DNA from: Antedon mediterranea
Taxonomy: Eukaryota; Animalia; Echinodermata
DNA length: 64,000 bases
Direction: 5' to 3'
Assembly: GCF_964355755.1 (NCBI RefSeq)
Contig: NC_092671.1
Span: 3,844,001 to 3,908,000 of the forward strand
Positions 1 to 13,182 of this stretch are shown here, one piece after another; the stretch's first letter is position 1; every line of letters begins with the position of its first letter. Below the pieces are notes generated by a model. The model worked only from the letters and a program-made list of their open reading frames with translations, was not told the origin of the DNA and ran no database searches. Position numbers and translations under genes: made by a program.

Positions 1-156
1 GCGTCTTGTGTACTTCTCAATGCTGCAAATGACAGCGTAGTGTAGTAATGAGTTAGAAATTCAAATATGGTATATACTTATTCGTTTTTTTCCTCGAGTT
101 TAACGGTGCAATGGTTGATTTAATTGATCGTATGGATTGATACAATACTATAAAAT

Positions 157-232
157 ATGTCGTCGCTGCATAAGAAAAAACTAACCCGAGCTAAGGTTGT
201 GGTGCTAGGAAATGAAGGGTGCGGTAAGACAG
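157..232 (+). pseudogene. Orphan duplicate of coding exon 1 of the RERG/RERGL-like GTPase (could be an alternative first exon)
   Basis: ATG at 157 reads MSSLHKKKLTRAKVVVLGNEGCGKT, followed by the donor G|gtaagg. 1-290 is nearly identical to 8193-8460. I found no exons 2-4 before the next exon 1. Confidence 0.75.
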
Positions 233-2102
233 GTAAGGCCGGATAAAGGGTTGGTTTTCATATGGTGTCCATTTGTGGTAATACTGTATCATTTGACTTT
301 CAACTTTTATTCTTTTTTGGGTTTAATATGGCAGTGTGTATATATCCGGTGTGTGACGAATCGTCATACCATTCATGCTACCAGCTTACTTGGTTCAGGT
401 CCTTTCACGGATCACTGTTTTGTTTGAGGAATGAAAATTTCCATGGAGAATATGGAACTGCTATTTGCATTCAACTGTTGCAATTAGGATATTTTTGTAC
501 CAGTGGAGATTCATCCAATTGATAAGTATGACAAACACCACATCGTGTCGGCCTAACTACATAACATTACGCCATGTTTAAACGTAATGTTATGGACATT
601 GTGTTATATATCTTGATTTATTTTGTAATATTTAATGCAATCAATGAGTAGCGAGTGGTATCCGTCGCATAGAATTCAAAGACTATCCGTTGAACCATTT
701 CGAAATTTACGAAGAGAAAAGAAGTTGGTGTGTGGTACCGTACCAAATTATATATACAGCTAGTAACCCAATGGGCAAAATTGTTGATTAACACTGGTTT
801 TGTGAGGTGTTTGTACATAACATGATTCCACGCTGCAAATCACAATTGTTATAAACTGTCTCTCCGTTGGTAGGAATATAATCGATCCTATGACTGTCAG
901 TTTGTAATAAAAAGCCCTCAATTTATTTATTCAAGTTTATAGGTTTAATATAATCGACTCTCATCCTATATATACGTTGTTAGTGATAAAATAAACGATA
1001 GTCAGTTCACTGGAACTTTACGGTGAATTTAATTTGGTGCTTAGCGTAAAACGCCAATAACATATACAGTACCCGCCTTCTCTGCACCCTGGCAAATCAC
1101 ATTAAACTCAACCAATGGAAAACAAACCCAAATACTATGTGTATTCATGTGTGTATTCATTCAAAGAATTAAAAAATAACTGAAATTCAAGAAACTGTAT
1201 TCTGCCGTAACCCTTTCATTTATTATTTTAAAACATTAAAAAAAATTACATACAAATTATAAGAAAATATTGTTTAATATAATTAAAGTGGAAGACGACC
1301 TCATTCGTGACATTAGAGGACCGTCGTCGGGATTCAAACCAGGATCTTCTAATAGTACGCGAGGTAGCCTACTGCATGAGGGTAAATGCCAAGGGCAATG
1401 CGTCACCAGAACTTTAAAAACATCTTGTCTTTGAAAACCTAAAAAAATATTATGACGGTTCGCTGATTGAAGTACAGTAATAAGCTTAAAATCATTTTAC
1501 AAAGAAGCTAAATTGCCGAGAATGAGAAGCTTCTATATTATTATAAAAACAATTACTAATTTTGATCTACTTTGGAGTAGCTTTGCGTCATGGTGTTGAG
1601 TGATTTGTACTTTATACTATAAGTACATTGAGACTTGCAAAAAATTCGCAAGTAATTCTCGGGTGGGACTCGAAGATAAATACCTTCATTACTTTAAGAA
1701 TCCCACTAATTCTAATGATCCGCATACTTTTCTTTTCTTGCTACTTATTTGATTGATTCCTTCTTTGTTGCTTCTTATTTTTCTTCTCAGTGTTCAAAGA
1801 AAGCACTCTAAAAATGTGGTATTTATGAAGTAGTAATAGCAATGTTAATAGTGTAGAAGTGCTTGATACATAATGCAGACCAGAATAGAAATTTAATTCA
1901 ACTTATTCCAAAAGACACTAAATCCGGTTTGTTTTATTTACTGACTGAACTGTCGACGTGAATATTATTTTTTAAAGATGATGAAAAAGAACAATAAAGT
2001 ACATACACGGATCCAATCAACTGATTTTGATTTATTTCTAAGTATCACGAGATCTGAGTACAACACTTCGATAGGCATCATGTGTATGATTAAAACACGT
2101 TA

Positions 2103-2513
2103 TTAACTTCTCTCTGGCCCGCCTCCTCTTATCCTTACATTTTCAGCTTTCCTCACTTTAACAGCTTTTGTTTTCTTGGCTTTAAACCAGCCATCTGGTA
2201 AATGTTGTTTCTTATTACATGAATGACAAAGTGGTATAATGTAGTAAAATGTGTCTGTATCTGTTTCTCCTCTAATATAAACATGGGCTCCGTCAGTGGG
2301 TTCTTTGTTCCTTCCGTTTTTTGTGTCGCAGTATTCCTCAGTAGGGCATATTTTTGGTTTACTTGTTCTGCCAACGTTTTTTAACCAAAATTGTATCCAG
2401 CTTCCTCCACCGGGAGGCGATTTATCGTGCTGGCCGGTCAAACGTACGTTTTTCACTTCTTCACCAGCTACAATATCTCGTACAGGAAACCGTTCCTCGC
2501 CACCTTCAGCCAT
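2103..2513 (-). CDS. HNH-like Cys/His small protein, paralog 1 (136 aa, intronless)
   Basis: ATG at 2513 (MAEGG...). Motifs VKNV..T, SWIQFW, CPTEEYC, DGAHVY and IIPLCHSCN are shared with six paralogs in the window. Confidence 0.8.
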   Translation of the reverse strand: MAEGGEERFPVRDIVAGEEVKNVRLTGQHDKSPPGGGSWIQFWLKNVGRTSKPKICPTEEYCDTKNGRNKEPTDGAHVYIRGETDTDTFYYIIPLCHSCNKKQHLPDGWFKAKKTKAVKVRKAENVRIRGGGPERS

Positions 2514-3320
2514 ATTCGTCAGATACCCAAAACGGTAGTGTGGAAAAAACCAATACCAATCCAAAAAATAAGCAGTACGATTGCCTGGCTGTCGATTCGC
2601 GAATACAATAATTGTGAAAATATTTCTTGAAGGTTCGATGAGTCCATTATACTTATATATTTTAGGTTTATATCTAAAGGTTTTTGTCGTGATTAGCATT
2701 ATTACATGCGGGGTAAGTGTAAACAATGATAGTTTTGCTGAAAAGAAATATTTTGTGATAGTAGTATTTCATTGTCAAGTTTTTACTACAAAATTTGGTT
2801 AGAATAACATTACGTGTTATACGTTTCACAGTAGGTTCGTTTATATAATAACCGAATTGTGGACATTTGAGTGATTCTTTTTAAAAATGGATTACTATAT
2901 TAGCCTAGACTTCTATTCATTCAAATAATGAAAAATAACTAAAGAACTGGTTTTCAAAAAACTGTATTCTGCCGTCACCTATTTATTTATTATTTTTTTG
3001 CAACGTAAAAACATTCAAAAAATTACATACACATTATACACAAATATTGTTTAATATAATTAGTCGAGTTAAAGCCAGATAAAACAACTATGACGAACCG
3101 TCATCGGGATTCAAACCAGGATCTTCCAATAGTACGCCATGTACGGTAGCCTATTAAATGCCAATGAAAATGAGACACCAGAAATTTAAAAACATTTTGC
3201 TGCGATTATAATAGTCTTTAAAAACTATAAAAAAAACAATACGACGGTTCGCTGATTGAAGTGCAATAATAAGCTTAAAATCATTTTACAAAGAAGCTAA
3301 CTTGCCGAGAATGAGAAGCT

Positions 3321-4226
3321 TCTATATATAAAGTTACGTTAAGGGCAAAATTCGGTAAATCCCGCGTAACTTCTGTAATTTTTACACGATGGTATATAAA
3401 ATTGGTACATACTGTCGATACTGATTTTTAAAACTTACTGAAAACCATTACACTAATTAGGTTAAGTTAGATAATGAGTTATTGGCAATTGAAACGAATT
3501 TAGGTTCAAAGATTTGCCCCAAATAGGAGTGTTTTCCGATCGTGGTATACACACTGTATAATGGATGTCGATGCTGAAAAATACCCGCACACAAGAATAC
3601 GAGGATGCTTCGCATTTATCCTATCTCCTTCAAGTTCTACGATAATTGTTTTTAATAGCTGAAAATAGCTCGAGTACAGAATTATAATGTTGAAGAAAAG
3701 CCGATTTTCTTTAAAAAAAAATACTTTTTATACAAATGTATTGATTTGCGATGAAATCTCTCAGTCTCCCAGTATAATGATTTGGTTTAACACAAGTAGG
3801 TAAAGTTTTGGGCCCTTGGGGAAAAAACTTAAAACCTTTAGATATAGTATTGCAATACTGTACTTTGGCAATACAATACTGAGTGTGGGTATACTCTGTT
3901 ACATATATAAATAAACACATAATATACAAATAAACTTTATTACTGACAGTTGCTTCTCAACGTGTGTATTAATTAATAATCACTATAAAACATGAACAAA
4001 CTATTTCGTTACTGATTGGATAAAGAATATATTTAAAAATTGTTCCTCTTTGTACCCATCCTCTTCACCATCTCTCAATCCTAATGTTACATACAAAACA
4101 CAAATTGGGTTTATTCAAACATTTGGACTAATTTCTTTCTTAACGGTGAAATTACTGTGTATTCGAGAACCATCTGTGGGAACGACCTAGATGGGACACG
4201 AGCGAAGCGAACGTGCCACCATCTAG
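3321..4226 (+). mobile_element. Non-autonomous Helitron, copy A (internally deleted)
   Basis: 5' TCTATATATAAA..AAGGGCAAAATTCGG and a 3' GC hairpin plus CTAG|T. Homologous to 6282-7838, 31880-34230 and 43493-44959. A paralogous empty site lies near 1521-1575. Confidence 0.75.
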
Positions 4227-4269
4227 TACTCTATAATAAAGATAATTACTAATGTTGATCTACTTTGGA

Positions 4270-4605
4270 GCTTTACGTCAGGTGTTGAGTAATTTGTACT
4301 TTATACACTATACATTGAGCATAGTTCCGAATTCGCAAGTAATTCTCGGGTGGGATTCGAACTCACATCACTACTAGCCTGGCGTTCATACCTCTAGACC
4401 ACCGACCTTGCGATGATGGCTAGAGGTTAGATTCGAGCCCAAGTAAACAGTGGGTATTGTTTGTAACTATGTGGAGCAGCTATGCGTCAGAGTGTCGAGT
4501 ATCTGACCAAGAGTTAAGGGCTACTATTTTGAGTGTCACTTTCAATTAACAATGTTCCAAATATTAGTAGTACATTGTAGATTGTGTACCTTCATTGTTT
4601 TAAGT
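4270..4605. repeat. tRNA-derived interspersed repeat (SINE-like); other copies at about 1585-1695 and 13760-14085
   Basis: The minus strand has A/B-box-like TGGTCTAGAGG...GAGTTCGAATCCC. There are three copies in the duplicated blocks and no intact cloverleaf. Confidence 0.55.
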
Positions 4606-4616
4606 TATTCACCTTC

Positions 4617-4967
4617 CTATACTCCGCCACCTCTTCCTGTTATACGGTCGGTTTTCTTCACTTTCACAGCTGTTATATCATTGATTTCAAACCAACCTTC
4701 AGTTTCCCTGTGTTCGTTATTAATGCATGAACGACAAAGTGGTATAATGTAGTAAAATTTGTCTCTATCTGTTTCTCCTTCAATATAAACATGGGCTCCG
4801 TCAGTGGTTTTGTTGTTGCAATCTACAGCAGTGCATGATGTTGGTGGGTAGTCTGCTCCAACGCTATAGACCCAATAGTCAATCCAGCTTCCACCACCGG
4901 TAGGCGATAGATCTTTCGTGGTGACGTTCTTTACTCTTTTACCTTTTGCAATCTGTTTTCTAGCCAT
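4617..4967 (-). CDS. HNH-like Cys/His small protein, paralog 2 (116 aa, intronless)
   Basis: ATG at 4967 (MARKQ...). Motifs VKNVTT, SWIDYW, CTAVDC, DGAHVY and IIPLCRSCI. Confidence 0.8.
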   Translation of the reverse strand: MARKQIAKGKRVKNVTTKDLSPTGGGSWIDYWVYSVGADYPPTSCTAVDCNNKTTDGAHVYIEGETDRDKFYYIIPLCRSCINNEHRETEGWFEINDITAVKVKKTDRITGRGGGV

Positions 4968-6281
4968 ATTTATCAGATAACGAAACGGTAGTGTTGGCCC
5001 TAAACTAGTGTAAACAAAATCCAAAAGGAAGCAGTAACAGTAGTCTACGTTTTTAATTGGAATGATACATGCTGTCGATCGTGCATAGGCCTACACTTAT
5101 AATATTGTGAAGTGAAATGAGTCTATTACTTATGAATGAATGCATTATTATATCCGGGAAGAAGGAAACGCTTCCCTGATTATATACAATAGGTCATGTG
5201 GTGATAAATAATGACTCAAGTTTTGCTGAAAAGAAATCTGTTGTGATAGCAGTATTTCATTGTCAAGTTTTAACAACAAACATTTTGCTTAAAATATATA
5301 TTACGTGTACTTCACAGTAGGTTCATTTATACAATAACCGAATCGTGGGCATATAAATAAACGTACCATCATTAGTTTGATTATGTTTTTGACAAATATA
5401 CAAAACAGGCTAAAAGTAGGCTATTGCTAGCCTACCCGGAAAAATATTACGTTTACAATTTCAACAGACGTGTGATAGGCCTAATTGGAAAATATCTTTA
5501 ATCCACAGTTCTATCTTGTTTTTCAATTATAATGAATTTTGCTTTATTGGGTTTTAAATAATAAATAAAAAAAATATTGTCAAATATAGAGTCAACTGGA
5601 CCTAAATATGTGTATTTGTATACCTTTTTTATTTCAATGTTTACAATATATACATTATGTGAAAGTAGTAGCCTACGATATACGGAATATTAAAAATAAA
5701 AGACATTCTGAGGAGAATGTCGAGGGTGCAATAAATCCACAAACCATGGAATGTAGGCCTACCAATCAGTGTATCACTGGTAGGCCTACTACTGCTACGT
5801 TATAATATTGTTAGAATTTGGAAATTCCCCACATTTTATGGGCATGCATCCGTATGTAGACCGCTAATCAGCATGCCAATCCCTATAGTGTTTTCTTTCA
5901 ATATAGTGTCGTTAGCACGGTGTACAGTTTTATCCAAGTCTTCTTTCTCTATATAACTTTGCTAAATAGCCATTCTTGAATGTCAAATATTATTTATAAA
6001 ATTCTAATCTTAAATTTTGAAATAATTAATTCGATCATGATCAATGTATTCCAATTTTATACTTTTGATTGAAGGATATTTTTGAATTGTAAAAAATATA
6101 CACATCATTTTAGCAAAATAGCCTACAATGATTTCAGGCCTCAATGGTTGTATAAACCAGAAGCTCCTGAAATTAAAAGTGAAACTGATGGAGAAGTGCG
6201 TTTAAAAAATATTATATTATTTTCTGCAGGTCAGGCATATTTTCTCCGTAGCGCCCTCTATAAATTCAACTTCTTGAGACA

Positions 6282-7838
6282 TCTATATATAAATTTACGT
6301 AAGGGCAAAATTCGGTAAATCGCGCCTTACTTCTAGAATTTTTACTTGATGGTATATAAAGTTGGTTCGTACTTTCGGTACTGATTTTAACCACCTGATG
6401 TAACCCTGTTTACTAATTAAATTAAGTTAGATAATTAGTTATTGACGATTAAAATGAATTTAGGTTCAACGATTTGCCCCAAATAGGGGTGTTTTCCGAT
6501 CGTGGTATACACTGTCTAATGGATGTCCATCTTGAAAAATACCCGCCACAAAAATGCGAGGAGGCTTCGCATTTTCCTATCTCCTCCTACGATAATTGTT
6601 TTTAATAGCTGAAAACCGGTTGAACAGTTCGAGTACAGCATCATAATGTTGAAGACAGGCCGATTTTCTTTAAAAAATACTATTTTGATACATTTAATAT
6701 ACGTTTTTACAAATGTATTGATTTGTGATGAATGGAACATTCCAAATTATTTGGTTTAACCATACAGGTATAGATTTAGATTTATGGGCCCCCTCGGAGA
6801 ATAAACATAAATAGTATTGCAACGCTGTACAATACTGTTAAGGTATTTTAATGGTTAAAACCACTTTTGATCGCAATTTGAATCGCAAATTTCTTACTGT
6901 GAGTGTTGGTACTGTTAGATGTAATATAAAAATATATACAAATAAACTTTATTACTGTGAGTGTGGGTAGGCCCTACTGTTAGATTATAAACATATAATA
7001 TACAAATAAACATTCCAAATTATTTGGTTTAACCATAGAGGTATAGATTTAGATTTATGGTCCCCCTTGGAGAATAAACATAAATAGTATTGCAATGCTG
7101 TACAATACTGTTAAGGTATTAACCACTTTTGATCGCAATTTGAATCGCAAATTTCTTACTGTGAGTGTTGGTACTGTTAGATGTAATATAAAAATATATA
7201 CAAATAAACTTTATTACTGTGAGTGTGGGTAGGCCCTACTGTTAGATTATAAACATATAATATACAAATAAATAAACGTTATTACTGACAGTTGCTTCTC
7301 AACGTTTGTATTAATTAATAATTTAAAAATATATAAACGTCGTAGTGGTGTATCGTTACATGTACTTTACTATTTCAATCGACTATGACAGTGAAAGTTT
7401 TAACAAAGTACCGTATTAAATCGTAAATGTTTTACTGTATTTAGTGGTATATTATTTATAGGCCTATAAAACATTAAAAACAATATTTCGTTACTGAGTG
7501 GATAAGAATATATTTTAAAATGTTTCCTCTTTGTACCTATCTTCTTCCCCCATCCCTCAACCCTTAATGTTACATACAAAACACAAATTGGGTTTGTTTA
7601 AATGAGTCCAAATAAAAAAATTTGACTCATTTTGTTTCTCTCTCGGAAGTCATTCCCAGGGTGCTAATTTTGGTTGACTACATAAATAATTGTGTATATT
7701 TATTCGTTTCTGTAAACGACAATGTATTATAGTACATTTGAAATCTCCATTTTTTTCTCGCTGGAAATACTGTGTATTCGAGAACCATCTGTGGGCACGA
7801 CCTAGATGGTACGCGAGCGAAGCGAGCGTGCCATCTAG
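6282..7838 (+). mobile_element. Non-autonomous Helitron, copy B, with an internal ~273 bp tandem duplication (6737-7270)
   Basis: A|TC start, then CTAGATGGTACGCGAGCGAAGCGAGCGTGCCATCTAG|T end. Inserted between A and T with no TSD. Confidence 0.8.
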
Positions 7839-8350
7839 TATCTAATAATTGTACGTGTCTTCAACTTAAGTTATTTTGTTCCCAATCTGTAGATTTGATC
7901 GTGTATTTGTTCATATTTCACTTCAACGATCATAATTTCCATCCCGAATAACAATATGTGATTGTGATATCGATTTTTATCAAGTGGCAGGATGCTATCT
8001 AACTTTAATTTAATTACTAAGAACTTGGCCCGATAATAGTAATGCTGACTGGACTAATCGACAAATTATAAAGTGGACACCGGGATGGATCTGTTGACGT
8101 GATGACATTCTGCTCATCTACTTCCGATTGTTTACATTATAAAACATCTGCTGCTTTCGCCAGTCAACTGAATTATTTTGGTGGACGATGACGCGTCTTG
8201 TGTACTTGTCGGTGCTGCAAATGACACAGCGTATAGTAATGAGTTAGAAATTAAAATATGGCATACATTTTATTCGTTTTTTTGTCTTTCGAGTTAACAG
8301 TGCAATGGTTGATATAATTGAACGTGTGGATTGATACAATACTAGAAAAT

Positions 8351-11300
8351 ATGTCGTCGCTGCATAAGAAAAAACTAACCCGAGCTAAGGTTGTGGTGCT
8401 AGGAAATGAAGGGTGCGGTAAAACAGGTAAGGCCGGATAAGGGTTGGTTTTCATATGGTGTTCATTTGTGACTAAAATTATAACACACATGATTTGACAT
8501 TTTGAATATTTTTACAGTCAGTCTGGGCAGATCTGATTTTTATTTGGAGGAGAGAAGTTCCTCAAAAAGGGGAAGGGAATTATCATTCGAAGACCGAAAT
8601 TGTGTTTAGCCCACATTCAATTTTGATACTGTCATCGTTGGGAATAGAGTAGTACTATAATCGTGTCGGACTAACACATTATTTTGAATTGTATTTACCA
8701 TTATATTGTTACATAATATTTACCATAACTAAACATACGTCATGTTTAAACGTAAATGCTTATATTATATGGTCTCAATTATGATTTGTAATATTCAATT
8801 TAATAGCAATTATTTATATACCAACTATCTAACTGACATACATGGCATAACAATTAAACGTTTAAACATTAAACCTTATTATATGAAGAAAAACAAAATT
8901 ATGTATAAATATTATACTACAAATTAAACTATTGAGCAAATTCTACATCCAAACTGATTTATTACAATAGGTTGCAAATCTAATGCCCGTCTCACGAAAA
9001 ATGTAATACAGGTAAAACCTAACCATGCCCATCACTTTATTTATTCAGTTTATAGGCAAACTGGAGAAATGATATATACCACGGTCAATTTTTAGAAACA
9101 AAGCTAAAGTTCATAAACCAGTTTAATTGTACTTGACGTTTCAACAACACTGCTCGGATTCAATTAACTACCCCACAATCTACTAAACAACTTAACCCAA
9201 TCAAAAGAAAACTAGCTACTATAAACCTTCACAATTTTTAAAAATATTACTTTAATACATAAAATATGTTTACATATAATTTGAGGTACTGTGTAGCCAA
9301 ATTAATGTTTTAACAGATTTATTATATGACGTCATTAGGGTCTAACATTCTGATGAGCTTATAGCCTATATCGCTTGATTTCCTGTTGAAAATTATTTTC
9401 TTTATGCATACTTATACAGGATAGATAAGTTATTGATTTCACTAACTGACCCAAAGAATGTTACTGTTTGAAACAGATTTTTCTAAGTATGGATGAACTA
9501 CCGGTACTGTACGCTGCGCGGTAGCGACACTGACGGGACAAAACCTTATTTGGTATAACACAACAGAACATCTTTCGACTTTTAAAAACTGGCAGCTAGT
9601 TTTATTGTACTAATGACTGTAATACTAGTAAAACTTGATAGATCAAGTAAGTCTTAAAACATTCTTATAATAACCTTAAACAATTCTCACTCCTGAGGAC
9701 GATAAAAGTATATTGATCGAAAGGACGAGGAACTTAACAGTTCTTTTCAGAACTAATCATGGTGTACCGCAACATTTATATCACCTTCAAACAATTATAA
9801 TGTCAAGCACTTTAGAATCAGAGTTGTAACCTCTTTCATTCTTCCAAGTCAGAGTGTACTGAAAGGCTTGTTCACATCACAAAATTAAACATCAAATGTT
9901 GATATTTTGAAGAATCGAAATCATTTCCTCTGTGGGTCAGCTGACAAACATCATTGATTAAAAGTTTTTTTTTTTTTCGCTGCTTCGGCCTCTTTTACAC
10001 AATCGGGTATTCTCAATTTAAGGGCGTGCGTATTGTTGACAACGGAAAACCAACCATCTGTTTCCTCGTGTTTATCTTTATTGCATCCATGACAAAGAGG
10101 AACGATATAGTAAAACGTTTTTGATTCTGGTTCAATATGAATATGGGCTCCATCAGTGGCTCCGTTAGTACATCTATACTTGGCGCAATATTTTGGAAAT
10201 TCTACATTTCGTCGTCTTGGAAATTCTTTTCTAACCTCTTCGATCCATTTTTGTTTCCAAGTACTCCATGGCAGTACATGACAACTGGTAAATTGTGCGT
10301 TTTTTATTCGTTTATCATCAATTATTCGTATGCCTAATATGTTATTTACAGATTGGCTAGGATTAGCCCCACCAGCAGCCATACTCATTAGTTAGTAGTA
10401 CACTATTAGAAAGTGTAGCAAATGTTCAAACCAACTCACACATCCAAATGGCAAGCAGTACGTTTGTAATTGAAATCATCGTCGCGCACAGTTTTTGTAT
10501 TGTATTTGTTATTTTCTAAAATTACAATGGATACAATAATCTGAATTGATTAGTGAACCATGAACCATTCTGTTTATGTAATTTAAAACTTCCAATATGC
10601 ACTCCATTGGTGAGGTTGGGTTTCAACTTCTCCAACAGATTGAAGAACACATCAGTACAAACATAACGTAGTTGAGTATTCTTATCTCATTCTTTAACAA
10701 AAAAATATCAGTAAAAAAACTGAATGGAAAAGCGCAATGCAAAAACATTTTTGAGGGCAAGTTCTTGCTTAAAAATATTGAATTACTATATGAATCTATA
10801 TATGTTATATATGCTTTCATGTGGCAATTAATAATGTATGTTTCTGATTTTATAGCATTTACGGTTCGTCTTCTAACAAAGCGTTTTATCGGAGAATATT
10901 CACAAAACGAAGGTTGGTACATTCCTTATTATCATAGTCATAATACAGATGAATCATTCTCATAATTATTATCATATTAGTTGTAGTTTACGAAATAATA
11001 ATATACGATATAAAATGTGTTCATCAGGAAAGGAATGATTATTAGGCCTATGTATGTTTCCTTACCATTTAAACAACAAAATGAGTTATGACATTTTTAG
11101 TATTATTATCTTTTAATAAGCCTATTTTATTTTTTGTTTAAACTTAATAGCTGAAATGACGTATCGGCAAGCAATGGATTTTGCTGGTGAATGCATAAAT
11201 CTGGAATTACGGGATATTAAATCTGAACTACTGGTTAGTATCCTTGTTTCATTTTAAATTAACAATAATATTTATCAAATTATAGTATATTACAATTATT

Positions 11301-12116
11301 TTATTCCAAGGGTGTATTCAATATGATTTTTATATTTGATATCCGTGTTTGAGAGATATCAAAACCTTTCCCGCCAAATTTTAACTGGACAAGACCATCT
11401 TGGTCCACATAACAATAGGTTTGGTTTCCACTAACACAGCGCGTGAACGTACATGCCACATAGAGCTTGGTTCCCTCATCGGACGCAATGCAACAACGTA
11501 GGCACAACGCATGAATTGACCAACGACAAGCGAGAGTTTCATGATTCATCATCGCGTCGTGATTGGTCAATTGACCAATTGCATTGATTCATAGCCTATG
11601 GAAACCAAGCTATATAAATAATTTACCAATAACATCATTTCTTTAATGTTTCTTTTTAGTTAATAATCTTTATGATTATTTTATATTTTTCATAAAATCA
11701 AGAAAAAAGACGAATCGATTCAACTAGAGTCTGCTATAAAATGGGCCGATGGATTTGTTCTCATATACGCTGTTGATGACAGAGAAAGTTTCAATGCTGT
11801 TTCAGACTTCCGTAAATTCATTGACATTACAAAACGAACTGTAAACACACCAGCTATAATAGTTGGCAACAAAACGGACAGTGTGAACAGAGAAGTTACC
11901 AAAGAAGAAGGCGAGCGTATTTCCGAAAACCTTAAATGTCCATTTTACGAATTGTCTGTAGCCGAAAGCTACGAGGACGTTAAGACGAGTTTTGATGGAA
12001 TTCTCTTAGAGATGAGATCAGAATATTTCAAACATTTAGCGGCTGTGGAAAAGTTTTCTCGAGCAATTCATATGAAACCGTTTAAGTCGACACGGAGTCG
12101 AAGTAAAACAATGTAG
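8351..12116 (+). CDS. RERGL: RERG/RERGL/RASL11-type Ras-family small GTPase (209 aa, 4 coding exons)
   Basis: Exons 8351-8426, 10856-10912, 11151-11233 and 11703-12116, all GT-AG and phase-compatible, total 630 nt. G1 GNEGCGKT, TVRLLTKRFIGEY, WADGFVLIY, G4 GNKTD, G5 ELSVAE. The subfamily is confident; the exact orthologue is less so. Confidence 0.85.
9951..10388 (-). CDS. HNH-like Cys/His small protein, paralog 3 (145 aa), nested antisense in GTPase intron 1
   Basis: Motifs IKNAQFT, TWKQKW, CAKYRC, DGAHIH and IVPLCHGCN. It lies inside intron 8427-10855. Confidence 0.8.
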   Translation of the reverse strand: MSMAAGGANPSQSVNNILGIRIIDDKRIKNAQFTSCHVLPWSTWKQKWIEEVRKEFPRRRNVEFPKYCAKYRCTNGATDGAHIHIEPESKTFYYIVPLCHGCNKDKHEETDGWFSVVNNTHALKLRIPDCVKEAEAAKKKKTFNQ

Positions 12117-12809
12117 CGACATGTTACATCCGATTCAATTCTCTTTGCTGTATCTCCAGATATTATCTCCCCAGTATCAAGGCAAATTCTATAATACAGT
12201 AGTGTGCACATATTAATGGCATGTGTCGGTTGCATAGTTAGGACTTATGCTTATGACATGTGTGATACATCTGACACTGATCACAGAATTTTCCTGATAC
12301 TGAACAAATTACAGATACAGTACCGAGACTCGGCTAGACATAATGCTAATATACATAATAAAGTTAATTATTTATTTTCAAATATCTTGGATGTTTTGTT
12401 TTACAATAAAAATAAAGATTGTTACAAGTAGTGTATTCTTTATTGATAACAACATTTCATTTGTTTACAAGGAAAAGGAATATTGTAAGAATTATAAGAT
12501 CCTCCATACATTGTTATTGGTGAATTTAGTAAAACGTGGTGTGTACGAGAGTGGTGACGTCACTTGGTGATGATGGTAATGGTAATTATAGGGTTCGATG
12601 TTGATGATGATGGTATAAAAATGGTGATGATAACAATAATAATATTAAGCACAGCCTGAAATTACTTCAATATGCCAGAATAATAATATTCAAGTTGTTA
12701 TTACATCTAACATAGAAATGGTGCTTCTTTTTGATCGGTATACAATTACTGGTAATGGATTAGTACAACTGGGTACGGTCCTGTATTGTAAAGAGAAGAG
12801 ATTAAAGTT

Positions 12810-13145
12810 GAAGACCTCGATATTGCTTACAGTAGTATAATGTTAACAGTACCGATTTAAGGTAAAAAATAAAGACCGGTAATTTACACAAGGACACTGT
12901 TTAAAAGGAAAATGGAGACCTCGGTATTACTTGCAGTAGTAGAATGTTGACAGTACCGATTTACGGTAGATAAAGGACAGTCCAGTAATTTACACCTACA
13001 ACAATGTAACTCTGAGAGAAGTTTGACACTTCGATATCACTTGCAGTAGAAGAATGTCCACATGTAAAGTTGATGAAGGACAATCTAGTAATTTACACTA
13101 ATAGGACATTGTAGCTCCGAGGGAAGTTATACACTTAGAATATTC
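12810..13145. repeat. Degenerate ~105-110 bp tandem repeat, paralogous to 18270-18880
   Basis: Recurring CTTGCAGTAG.AGAATG...AGTAATTTACAC units. Confidence 0.6.
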
Positions 13146-13182
13146 CTAGCAGGAATATAATTTCAACAATACACAACACGCC

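Noticed and set aside
1720-1795. Possible further HNH-like gene remnants (also 14107-14180)
   Set aside because: Only weak resemblance to the low-complexity 3' end of paralogs 4 and 6, with no core motifs.
2514-2726. N-terminal extensions of the HNH-like ORFs in the ORF track (also 4968-5024, 19325-19450, 21866-21907)
   Set aside because: Mostly non-ATG starts and not conserved as protein among paralogs. The downstream ATGs align better.
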